A stretch of 64,000 nucleotides of DNA from a virus: the IMG/VR virus record IMGVR_UViG_3300027749_000047, positions 32,001-96,000 of that record; one strand, given 5' to 3'. This document shows, piece after piece, positions 8,266-16,103 of the stretch (the first letter of the stretch is position 1; every line of letters starts with the position of its first letter). A program made the translations under genes and the position numbers. The notes beneath the pieces are model-generated. The model had not been told where the DNA came from and made no database searches. It worked only from the letters and a program-made list of their open reading frames with translations.

Positions 8266-9564
8266 CTAACTTATTTGTATTTCGTCAGCTTCATCGTCAG
8301 CCATTCGCATTTCTGTTGCTTTTTCAGCACTAATGTCATTAAAGCGCCCAAACGTTGGGTCAAACTCTGTAAACCATCGAGCGCCCGACTCACCATGGCG
8401 ATACTTAGTTAATGAATTAAGCAATACTCGTTTAGATATTCGCTTGAGTGTTATTAGTGCGTCTGCGTCTTGTCCAAGCGCATCAGATTGTGCTAAATGT
8501 TCAGCGCCTGGTGTTTTGTCTGAATTACCACCTGCACGGTTAATTTGCGCTGCAGCAATAATTGGAATGTTACGGTTAAGCGCTACTTCTTTTAGTTGGT
8601 TAGAAATAGCAGCCATGGCACGCCAATCTTCAATCGCTCTAGAGCCTGTGGTTGTATGCATCAAACCAACATAATCAACAATTACTAATGTGTTTTCATT
8701 AGCAACCGCTGAAATAACTGAGGCATCGCATCTACCTTTAGATGGATCATAAATACTGATTGTTCCTTTATCTTCACTTGACCATTTTTCCAAAAGGTCA
8801 CGGCGAGTATCTATGTCTATGTCTTGCCATGGATGTTTATAGTTTTGGAATGCTACGCGGTGAATACGGTCCTGTACTGATTTGGCAGGCATTTCTAAAC
8901 TAAAGTATGCGACATCCCAACCACCTTCGGCAGCAGCTACGGCATGTTGAATCATTTTCCATGATTTACCAATACCTAGACGCGCTGCAACAAACCACAA
9001 ATCTCCAGCCGCTATGCCACCTGTAAGGGTGTTTAACATACCAAATGGTACTGGACATATCTGCAGGTCTTCATTGCTTTCTAGGAGCGTTAAATCGGTT
9101 GCGTCAATACCCATGCCAATTGCTGGTTGTATTTGGTTTAGCCCGGTTTTTAGAATGTCAATTGCTTCATCGTTTGCATCTTCTGCAAGTGATGCTGATG
9201 CTTTGGACATTGCTGAGCGTAGTACGCGGTTGGTGTGTGCATCTGATAGTTGGCTTGCAGCCCACACAGGGTTTATGTCTGATGTGTATGGGAATCGCGC
9301 ATAGCGTTCTAGCAGTAAATGAATAGGTGGTGCACAGTTAGCATCTTGTTGGTATTTCATACAAAACTCGTGAATAGGTTTATGGCCTGATATTTGTTCT
9401 GTCTTAATACCAAACATTCCAGGCACATAAACGCCTGTATCTAAAAGCGCTGAAATAAATAATGCTTCCGGAGCATGATCTGCTGTAGAACCGTAATTTA
9501 TCTCTTTTTGTCTATTGCTAACTAACTGAACATAACTATCTTTTTCTTTTTTCTGTAATCCCAT
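8266..9564 (-). CDS. dnaB: DnaB-like replicative helicase
   Basis: Walker A AARLGIGKS, FSLEM, VIVDYVGL, AAAQINR, LAQSDALGQDAD and KYRHG. Confidence 0.93.
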   Translation of the reverse strand: MGLQKKEKDSYVQLVSNRQKEINYGSTADHAPEALFISALLDTGVYVPGMFGIKTEQISGHKPIHEFCMKYQQDANCAPPIHLLLERYARFPYTSDINPVWAASQLSDAHTNRVLRSAMSKASASLAEDANDEAIDILKTGLNQIQPAIGMGIDATDLTLLESNEDLQICPVPFGMLNTLTGGIAAGDLWFVAARLGIGKSWKMIQHAVAAAEGGWDVAYFSLEMPAKSVQDRIHRVAFQNYKHPWQDIDIDTRRDLLEKWSSEDKGTISIYDPSKGRCDASVISAVANENTLVIVDYVGLMHTTTGSRAIEDWRAMAAISNQLKEVALNRNIPIIAAAQINRAGGNSDKTPGAEHLAQSDALGQDADALITLKRISKRVLLNSLTKYRHGESGARWFTEFDPTFGRFNDISAEKATEMRMADDEADEIQIS

Positions 9565-9590
9565 GTTTTCTCCTATGTGTTAAAAAGCAA

Positions 9591-9642
9591 AAGAGCCTTA
9601 AGTCTGTGCCTAGGATTACCTAGACTAAGGCTTAAAGCTCTT
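9591..9642 (-). terminator. Leader hairpin plus U-tract (attenuator-like) upstream of the helicase
   Basis: Minus RNA GCCUUA-GUCU/AGAC-U-UAAGGC enclosing CUAGG/CCUAG, followed by UCUUUUGCUUUUU. Confidence 0.55.
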
Positions 9643-9701
9643 CTTGGGAAGTTAATCTGTTAAATCTTTTGGGCATACTGCCCCTTCCCCGTGTATAAGC
9701 A

Positions 9702-9710
9702 ATTATAGCA
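9702..9710 (-). promoter_or_regulatory. Extended -10 promoter (TGcTATAAT) for the replication operon
   Basis: Plus-strand ATTATAGCA equals minus-strand TGCTATAAT. Confidence 0.6.
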
Positions 9711-9822
9711 GATAAATCTGTACAGGGATACCATTTAAGAACTGTTAACAGGTAATGCTTTATAACGATTTTGTTATAAACAGTAAAAGCAAGAAAAGTA
9801 AGCGTTGTGATTAGGAAGTATA

Positions 9823-9831
9823 TGCTACAAT
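9823..9831 (+). promoter_or_regulatory. Extended -10 promoter (TGcTACAAT), rightward
   Basis: TATGCTACAAT. Related TATGCTAGTA elements occur near 51777 and 60896. Confidence 0.5.
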
Positions 9832-9833
9832 AA

Positions 9834-10057
9834 AGGCTGAGTACGTAGTGTTCAGAAAGCGGATTAAATAACATTCACAATAACACTCCTTAAAGGTGTT
9901 GAAGTGAAAGAAGCAAAAGCAGAAAATCCGAGAACTTACCAGAGCATAGCTGTTAAAGCGAAGCGCCACTACGGTACGGAAGCCTATACATATAGTGATT
10001 AACACTGTAAAAACTAGGTGAGAATTAACCCTTGCAAACGCAGGGGTTTTTTCTTTT
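9834..10057 (+). ncRNA. Candidate structured RNA (long interrupted hairpin) ending in an intrinsic terminator
   Basis: Nested pairings AGGCT/AGCCT, GTAC/GTAC, GTAGTG/CACTAC, CGGATT/AATCCG, TTCAC/GTGAA and AACAC/GTGTT. Lies between a promoter and a terminator. Confidence 0.5.
10027..10057 (+). terminator. Intrinsic terminator
   Basis: AACCCTTGC-AAAC-GCAGGGGTT followed by TTTTCTTTT. Confidence 0.8.
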
Positions 10058-10094
10058 GATACACTTATCACATAACTACTATCAAGGAGAAGCT

Positions 10095-10511
10095 ATGGCT
10101 TTATCACGAATTACCGGTTTTCAAGCATATGCACATATGCATCAATGGATGCTGCAACACAAAAAAGGTTTTCTAGGCCATTGCCATAAAACATGTCAAG
10201 ACGCTTGGGGATTACCAGTTAAATATGCTTCAGCTATTGATGCTTGGAATCATGTGCCAAAGAAACATCAACACACTGATCTGTCTAAGATTCCAGTGGG
10301 TTCGCCAATCTTTATGGATGGTGGCCAATATGGTCACGTATGCCTCCAGTCAGACAAAAAAGGCATTGTTATATCTACAGATGCTCCAACAGCTGATTAC
10401 ATTGGTGAAGTGCCATTGGAATGGTTTACCAAGCATTGGGGTAAAAAAGTTCTTGGCTGGGCATCTCAATACAATGACGTTGATTTGCAATTAGACAAAA
10501 TGCCTGTTTAA
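10095..10511 (+). CDS. CHAP/NlpC-like cysteine-histidine peptidase, probable endolysin
   Basis: GHCHKTC..ASAIDAWN..PVGSPIF..GGQYGHV. RBS AAGGAG upstream of ATG 10095. Confidence 0.75.
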   Translation: MALSRITGFQAYAHMHQWMLQHKKGFLGHCHKTCQDAWGLPVKYASAIDAWNHVPKKHQHTDLSKIPVGSPIFMDGGQYGHVCLQSDKKGIVISTDAPTADYIGEVPLEWFTKHWGKKVLGWASQYNDVDLQLDKMPV

Positions 10512-10519
10512 ACTAGGCA

Positions 10520-10599
10520 GGGGCAGGAAGGTTTCGACTAGACATTAAGACCACACGTTGGTAGTGTCTAGGACCAGAGTTCAATTCTCTGCTGCTCCA
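10520..10599 (+). ncRNA. Minimal tmRNA-like RNA: tRNA-like domain only, no tag reading frame
   Basis: Acceptor stem GGGGCAG/CTGCTCC with G3.U70 and discriminator A; D-loop GAAGGTTTCGAC; P2 TAGACATTA/TAGTGTCTA; GGAC; T-arm CAGAG-TTCAATT-CTCTG. Confidence 0.88.
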
Positions 10600-10621
10600 C
10601 ACAAAAGAAAGTGAGAAAAAA

Positions 10622-10951
10622 ATGGAATATGAAGACCCTGTATTAACTAGATTCTATTCATTTACTAAAAAAGATTTAGAAACTGGTTGTTTAATTTGGC
10701 AAGGTGGAATAAAAGGCAAAGGCTATGGTGCTTTTAAGTTTGAAAAAGTATCTCACCGTGCACATAGATTCATTTATGAATATGTAAAAAACAATAATGA
10801 GCGTTTACCACGAGAAACAATTATTAGACACACATGTGACACCCCATTATGCGTTGACTTAAATCATTTATTACCAGGAACACATAAAGAAAACTATCAA
10901 GACTCTGTTGACCGTGGTAGAAGAATATTTAAGAAAAAAGATATTGCATGA
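10622..10951 (+). CDS. HNH homing endonuclease
   Basis: GCLIWQG..KGYG..AHRF..IRHTCDTPLCVDLNHL..GTHKEN. Confidence 0.9.
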   Translation: MEYEDPVLTRFYSFTKKDLETGCLIWQGGIKGKGYGAFKFEKVSHRAHRFIYEYVKNNNERLPRETIIRHTCDTPLCVDLNHLLPGTHKENYQDSVDRGRRIFKKKDIA

Positions 10952-11085
10952 GTACATCAGATATCATTACCGGAATGTTATTGGCCTTTTTAGGTGGGTC
11001 AATGTTTTTGTTAACGCTCATGATGATGTTTATGATATGGGATGATTATCAAGATAACAAGAAAAGACGTAACAGCAAAAAATGA
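10948..11085 (+). CDS. Small single-pass membrane protein (45 aa)
   Basis: Not in the ORF track: MSTSDIITGMLLAFLGGSMFLLTLMMMFMIWDDYQDNKKRRNSKK, with ATGA coupling at both ends. Confidence 0.65.
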   Translation: MSTSDIITGMLLAFLGGSMFLLTLMMMFMIWDDYQDNKKRRNSKK

Positions 11086-12587
11086 CCGAAGCACCTATCT
11101 TTAGCCTTGTCAGGCCACCAACTAATAAAGAAGAACTATGGTGGACTGTCAAGACTCTATGGGGTGTTGAATTACCTAGAGTACAGGTATGTCCAGATCA
11201 CACGGCTCCTTTTGATGCATTTGCGGAGGCTTATTTTGGTAACGAGTTTAACTGGGTTCTTTGGTATGGTTCGCGTGGTACTGGCAAAAGCTATATGCTT
11301 GCTCTTTTGGCCCTTACTAAAGCTGCTCTTCTTGAAATAAATGTGACACTATTGGGTGGGTCTATGGCTCAGTCACAAAACATTCACGAGCATGTTGAGT
11401 TTTTGACACAACACAAGCATGCACCTGTTCATGCAATTGAATCTATGATTAAAACACAGATTACTTTTACTGGCGGTAATTGGATTAGACCACTACCTGC
11501 ATCACAAAAGACTGTTCGTGGACCTCACCCTCAAATGACATTACTTGATGAGATTGATGAAATGGAACGCAAGATTTATGATGCTGCTATGGGTCAGGCT
11601 ATGACTAAACCCAATGCTAGAGGTGTTGAAGTTGCTGAAATGGTTGTTGCTTCGTCTACATGGCAAAATCCTGTTGGTACTTTTCAGTCTGTTATGGATG
11701 AGGCTTTGGCTAAAGGTATGCCTGTTCGTACATGGTGTTATCGTGAGCAGTTAAAGCCTCATGGGTGGATGGATCCTGATTTTATTGAGCGTAAGCGTAT
11801 GTCTGTTCCGGCTGAGATGTTTCGTGTTGAGTATGAGCTTGGTGAGCCTGCTGGTGGTTCACGTGCGTTTGATTTAGAGAAACTTAATAAGGCTTTTGTT
11901 GATTTAGAGATTGTTGATGAGCGTCATTCGGCTAATGATGATGAGTGGGTATTCGAACGACCTGTACCTACTGCTACTTATTCTGCTGGTGCCGATTGGG
12001 CTAAAGAGCAGGATAAGACTGTTATTGCTGTGTTTAGGCTTGATGAAAGTATTAGACGGCTTGTTTATTATCGTAGGTTTAATCGTACTGATTGGCCAAC
12101 AATGATTGGCGTGTTTAATCGAGTAACTACCGAGTATCAAGCTATGGCGGCGCATGATGCTACAGGTATTGGCAATGTTGTTCATGACATGGTTGATGAG
12201 CGAGTTATTAAATTTACTATGTCTTCTAATAAACGTACAGAGATGTTGACTAATTACATTACGGCTGTTGAGCAAGGTCGCTATAAGTTGCCTCGTAATA
12301 CTCCTGCGTACCTACAGCATAAGTCAACTACGGTTGAGGAAGTCTTTGGTGGTGGCGGTTGGAACTCTCATCTGTCTGATGATGTGTGTGCTTTTGCTTT
12401 GGCTCATCATGCTGCAGAGCGTATGGCTCCGCCGGCAGCTGGTGAGGGCGTTAAGAAGACAGAGTATGCTCCTGAAAAGTTTAAAGACATTACTCCTGTG
12501 TATGAGGATGATGGTCGTTATGTTACGCAAGTGGGTGCTGTTACTGTTAAAGATGATAGCGGTGTTGGAGTTTTTAATCTTTTCTAA
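11082..12587 (+). CDS. terL: Terminase large subunit
   Basis: Walker A GSRGTGKS, Walker B LLDEID, nuclease motifs GADWAK..D and SDDVCA. Confidence 0.93.
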   Translation: MTEAPIFSLVRPPTNKEELWWTVKTLWGVELPRVQVCPDHTAPFDAFAEAYFGNEFNWVLWYGSRGTGKSYMLALLALTKAALLEINVTLLGGSMAQSQNIHEHVEFLTQHKHAPVHAIESMIKTQITFTGGNWIRPLPASQKTVRGPHPQMTLLDEIDEMERKIYDAAMGQAMTKPNARGVEVAEMVVASSTWQNPVGTFQSVMDEALAKGMPVRTWCYREQLKPHGWMDPDFIERKRMSVPAEMFRVEYELGEPAGGSRAFDLEKLNKAFVDLEIVDERHSANDDEWVFERPVPTATYSAGADWAKEQDKTVIAVFRLDESIRRLVYYRRFNRTDWPTMIGVFNRVTTEYQAMAAHDATGIGNVVHDMVDERVIKFTMSSNKRTEMLTNYITAVEQGRYKLPRNTPAYLQHKSTTVEEVFGGGGWNSHLSDDVCAFALAHHAAERMAPPAAGEGVKKTEYAPEKFKDITPVYEDDGRYVTQVGAVTVKDDSGVGVFNLF

Positions 12588-12650
12588 TTGCAAACGTGTT
12601 GTTATGGGTTTAGTCTTGTAGTATCTGCTGTCTTTCTTTGCGAGGTTCTT

Positions 12651-12935
12651 ATGAACAAATTTCTTAAATGGCTTGGTACTAGCCCTACTGCTGCTGTATT
12701 AAAAATTGCCCTTGGTGGTTTGTTAGTTATTGTGTTTGATTCTATTGATTCATATAACTTGCCTGCAGGTGTTGCTTTGGCAATTACTGCGCTTATCCCA
12801 GTTATTGTTGATGCGCTTAATCCTCAAGACCCTCGTTTTGGTAGAGGTAAATCTCCTAGTCTTAAAGACTTTTTGGCTGTTATTGATGGTATTGTTGGCG
12901 AACGTCAATCTGCTGTTGAACCAAAGAAGCCATAA
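12651..12935 (+). CDS. Holin-like membrane protein
   Basis: Two TM helices and the LNPQDPRFG motif typical of actinophage holins. Confidence 0.7.
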   Translation: MNKFLKWLGTSPTAAVLKIALGGLLVIVFDSIDSYNLPAGVALAITALIPVIVDALNPQDPRFGRGKSPSLKDFLAVIDGIVGERQSAVEPKKP

Positions 12936-12940
12936 GTGTT

Positions 12941-13180
12941 ATGGATCAGTCGCTTATACACGTAGGCCAAATCTGCGGGGCTTTATTAGCTATTCTTTCT
13001 TTGGGTGGTGTGTTAGTGAAGTGGGGCATTGTTAAACCAATTAAGGCTTACATTGACCAAATGACTTACCCTATTCAACCTCATGCTAATGGTGGTGATT
13101 CTTTACCAGATGTCATTAAGACAATGAAAAGAATAGAAAACAAACTAGACCAGCATCTTGATGTGGATCACGGTCGTTAA
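12941..13180 (+). CDS. Lysis-associated membrane protein
   Basis: N-terminal TM followed by PHANGGDSLPD..RIENKLDQH, a common actinophage lysis-cassette pattern. Confidence 0.65.
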   Translation: MDQSLIHVGQICGALLAILSLGGVLVKWGIVKPIKAYIDQMTYPIQPHANGGDSLPDVIKTMKRIENKLDQHLDVDHGR

Positions 13181-13221
13181 AAAAACGCGTAGTGTAGGCT
13201 AAACCTGTACTTGGAGGAATT

Positions 13222-15450
13222 ATGAGTAAAAAACCTGCTGGTCGTCCTTATCCTAATCTTGTGGATAACATGGCTGTTAGTAAGGCGCTTTTTAATAAAG
13301 GAAAAATTGCAAGTGCAGTTAAAAATAGATATGCTCGTCCTCTTGCTGATAATGAGTTTTATCATGGTACTAACTTAAAATCTGCTACAAAGATTAAAAC
13401 TCAAGGTTTTAAAACAGTTGACCCTAGAAAAAAAAATTATGAGCCTAGTAGTCACTTAAGATCCGCTGGGAGAAGTTCCACTGGATTTGGTCGCCCAATA
13501 CCTGAAGGAAACATGGGTCCTGGCGCTTATATGACAAAAAACAAATCTCACGCTAAAAAATATGCAAAAGGTAAGTCTGGATTGCCAGCTGTTGTTCGAT
13601 TGCAAGTACCTGAAAACACTAAATTTGTAGAAGTAGATCTTCATGATAAAAATCTAATTGCTTATGTTAACCATGGCAGAAAATCAAATGCTACACATAG
13701 TATTAATGGCCGAATTGCTAATTATGTTAAAAGAAATCATAATACTCATGGTATTTATGATGGTGATTATTATTATGGTCAAACTAAGCACGTAAAAATG
13801 GTTTCTGGCTTAAAACCTGTAAATATTGCTACCGATACTACTGCAGTCGGCGGTGCTGGCTATTACGGCAACAAAAAACTAAACAGTAAGCCTGTTAGTA
13901 AGTCTTGGGAAGAAGTATCTAAAGTATTTCCTCAACGGGCTATCCTCACGCAAGGTACGCGTAAGACACGAGTTATGGTGCATTATGAATATTCACCTAC
14001 ACATTGGGGAATTATTCATCCTACTGAAGGGCAGCGTGTAGCACACAAAGATAGTATTAGGTTTATTCCAAATAAAAAGCCTAAGAGTCCTGGTCCTGAT
14101 TTGTTTGGCGAACCTTTGAAAAAGTCGATGGAGTATAGTGTAGTTATGAATCAGTCCCGTTTTGGAAATGCTAGCAACGTAGCAAAATCACTAGATGATT
14201 ATTGGAAAAAAGAGCAGGCCGAGAAAGAGGCTGCTCATCGTTTGCAAATTAAAGAAACACATGCAATTAGCCGCAATGCTTTTAAACAAGGCGTTAAAGG
14301 CGGTTTGATTATTGGTGTACCTACTGCTGCGGGCGCTACTTATGGCACTATGAAAGCTAAAAAGAAACTTTCTGAAGTACGTAAAGCATCTCTGGGCGCT
14401 GGAAAAATCTTTGAAGGTGCTGCTAACGCTGCGCATCACGCAACTCCTGTTGGTCATGGTTCTGGTGATTTTAGTGCTGAGATGCGTCGCAGTATTCGTG
14501 AGCATGCTGAGCGCACGAGGGCAGCAGCTAATAAGCGTGGTAAGGAACTTGTTTTACGTCCTAAGCCAGGTGAACTTGTTGATACTCGCCCACCTGCGCC
14601 TAAGCCTGCTAAAAAAGGTAGAGAACTTGTTCGTTTGAAACAGGACGTTCCTACTGCTAGTGTCTCTGCGCCTCGCCCAATTAAAATTACTCGCCCGATT
14701 AAAATTACTCGTGGACCTGCTGCTGGCGCAGGAACAAGAGCGCCTTCTGTAGCACCTGCTGTAGCACCTGCTGCGGCGGCACCTAAAGGTGCTCCTGGCT
14801 TAGCGCATTTTGATGAAGGTGTTAAAACTAAGAGTTATGTTCCACATGCTTTGGCTGCTTCTGCTGCGGGTATTACTGGTGGCGTGGCTATTACTGATCC
14901 TGAGAAGCGTAAGAATTGGATTAATGGCGCTAAAAGCCAAATTCATGAGTTGACTAAGGCTGATGAGTACGATGCTGCAGGTAATTTAAAGCAGCCTGCA
15001 AAAATTTCTGGCAACACTGCTATGGGTCTTGCTGGCGCGGGTACGGTTGCTTTGGGTGCGCGTACTCTTGGGCGTGCAGGTAATCTTCCTTATACTGCAG
15101 CACGTAATGCTAATTTTGCTAACAATAATTTGATGCAACAACGTACTTTGCATGCTGATAAAGTAGCTAATACTCAGGCTGCCCAAGCTAAAGCTGCTAA
15201 GGCGCGTATGCCTTGGACTAAGGCTATGGCTAATAAAAATGTTGACCGAGCTGTGTATCATGAATCTCGTCAAGACCAGCGTCTTATTGCTCAAGAAGCT
15301 AAGACCGCTGAAGCGCATGCTTTGGCACATGCTGTTAAGCCTCGTATGAAGATGATGCGTAATGGTGGCATGGGTATGGTTGCTGGCGGTTCTTTGTTGG
15401 CTGCTGGTGCTTTGGTTAATGCTGGTAAAAAGCGTGAGGTTCCACAGTAA
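13222..15450 (+). CDS. Putative internal head polyprotein with N-terminal ADP-ribosyltransferase-like domain
   Basis: FYHGT..IKTQGF..GPGAYM..AKKYA; repeated hydrophobic-x-K(A/S) motifs; four Gly/Ala hydrophobic segments. Confidence 0.65.
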   Translation: MSKKPAGRPYPNLVDNMAVSKALFNKGKIASAVKNRYARPLADNEFYHGTNLKSATKIKTQGFKTVDPRKKNYEPSSHLRSAGRSSTGFGRPIPEGNMGPGAYMTKNKSHAKKYAKGKSGLPAVVRLQVPENTKFVEVDLHDKNLIAYVNHGRKSNATHSINGRIANYVKRNHNTHGIYDGDYYYGQTKHVKMVSGLKPVNIATDTTAVGGAGYYGNKKLNSKPVSKSWEEVSKVFPQRAILTQGTRKTRVMVHYEYSPTHWGIIHPTEGQRVAHKDSIRFIPNKKPKSPGPDLFGEPLKKSMEYSVVMNQSRFGNASNVAKSLDDYWKKEQAEKEAAHRLQIKETHAISRNAFKQGVKGGLIIGVPTAAGATYGTMKAKKKLSEVRKASLGAGKIFEGAANAAHHATPVGHGSGDFSAEMRRSIREHAERTRAAANKRGKELVLRPKPGELVDTRPPAPKPAKKGRELVRLKQDVPTASVSAPRPIKITRPIKITRGPAAGAGTRAPSVAPAVAPAAAAPKGAPGLAHFDEGVKTKSYVPHALAASAAGITGGVAITDPEKRKNWINGAKSQIHELTKADEYDAAGNLKQPAKISGNTAMGLAGAGTVALGARTLGRAGNLPYTAARNANFANNNLMQQRTLHADKVANTQAAQAKAAKARMPWTKAMANKNVDRAVYHESRQDQRLIAQEAKTAEAHALAHAVKPRMKMMRNGGMGMVAGGSLLAAGALVNAGKKREVPQ

Positions 15451-16103
15451 TGACTATTTCTCAGTCTCGTTATGGCAGTAATGCTGAAGTTGGTCGTGCG
15501 CCTAATCGTAAGCCTGTTAAGGATCAGCATCATTGGGGTGCTGCGGCTGGTTTAGGTGTGGCTGGCACTGGTCTTGGTGCTACTCGCGCTTCTAGTGTTT
15601 TGAGCAATAATGCTGGCGCTTCTAAAGGTAAGGCTAATCAATCTTTTGCCGGTGCTCGTATTAGTCGCGGTGATGCTAATCTTCAGCGTCAACTTCAGGC
15701 CAATGAGCAGGCTAAATTAACTAAATTGCGTGGCCGTACTAAAGGTCAGGCTATGTGGATTACTGATGGTCAGGGTAAGCGCATTAACATTCCTGCTGGT
15801 GCTTCTAATGGTGATATTAAAAACATCATGACGGGTGTTTCTCGTGATAGCGCTAGATATTCGCAAAGGGCTGGTATGCACGATAAAGCTGCGCAGGCTT
15901 CGCGCGACGAGGCTCGTAAGCATACAGAAAATTATGTTCGTATGAATCGTTATAGTAAGTTAGCGAGTCGTGGTGGCAAGGTGGCTATTGGTGCTGGTTT
16001 GTTGGGCGCGGCGGGCGCACTTGCTAATACTGAGCATGCTCGTGGTACAGTTGGCTACAAGCGACCTACACGCGCACAATTAAGGGGACGTAATGTCAGA
16101 TGA
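15450..16103 (+). CDS. Basic Gly/Ala-rich protein with two hydrophobic segments (putative virion protein)
   Basis: TAATG coupling; segments WGAAAGLGVAGTGLG and VAIGAGLLGAAGALA. Confidence 0.65.
   Translation: MTISQSRYGSNAEVGRAPNRKPVKDQHHWGAAAGLGVAGTGLGATRASSVLSNNAGASKGKANQSFAGARISRGDANLQRQLQANEQAKLTKLRGRTKGQAMWITDGQGKRINIPAGASNGDIKNIMTGVSRDSARYSQRAGMHDKAAQASRDEARKHTENYVRMNRYSKLASRGGKVAIGAGLLGAAGALANTEHARGTVGYKRPTRAQLRGRNVR

Noticed and set aside
9913-10002. Upstream RNA as a trans-acting tag (mRNA-like) piece for the mini-tmRNA (frame AKAENPRTY...)
   Set aside because: It starts like some tmRNA tags but does not end in an ALAA-type degron, and I found no complementarity to the mini-tmRNA loop. 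Unsupported.
10520-10599. Ordinary tRNA-Ala or an attP remnant of the host tmRNA
   Set aside because: No D-stem and no 7-nt anticodon loop; the D-loop and GGAC are tmRNA-type. Both 5' and 3' halves are present and no integrase is seen, so it is not an att fragment.
10622-10951. HNH genes as intron or intein markers in terminase or polymerase
   Set aside because: TerL, DnaE and DnaB read as uninterrupted ORFs with no intein or intron signatures; both HNH genes are free-standing.
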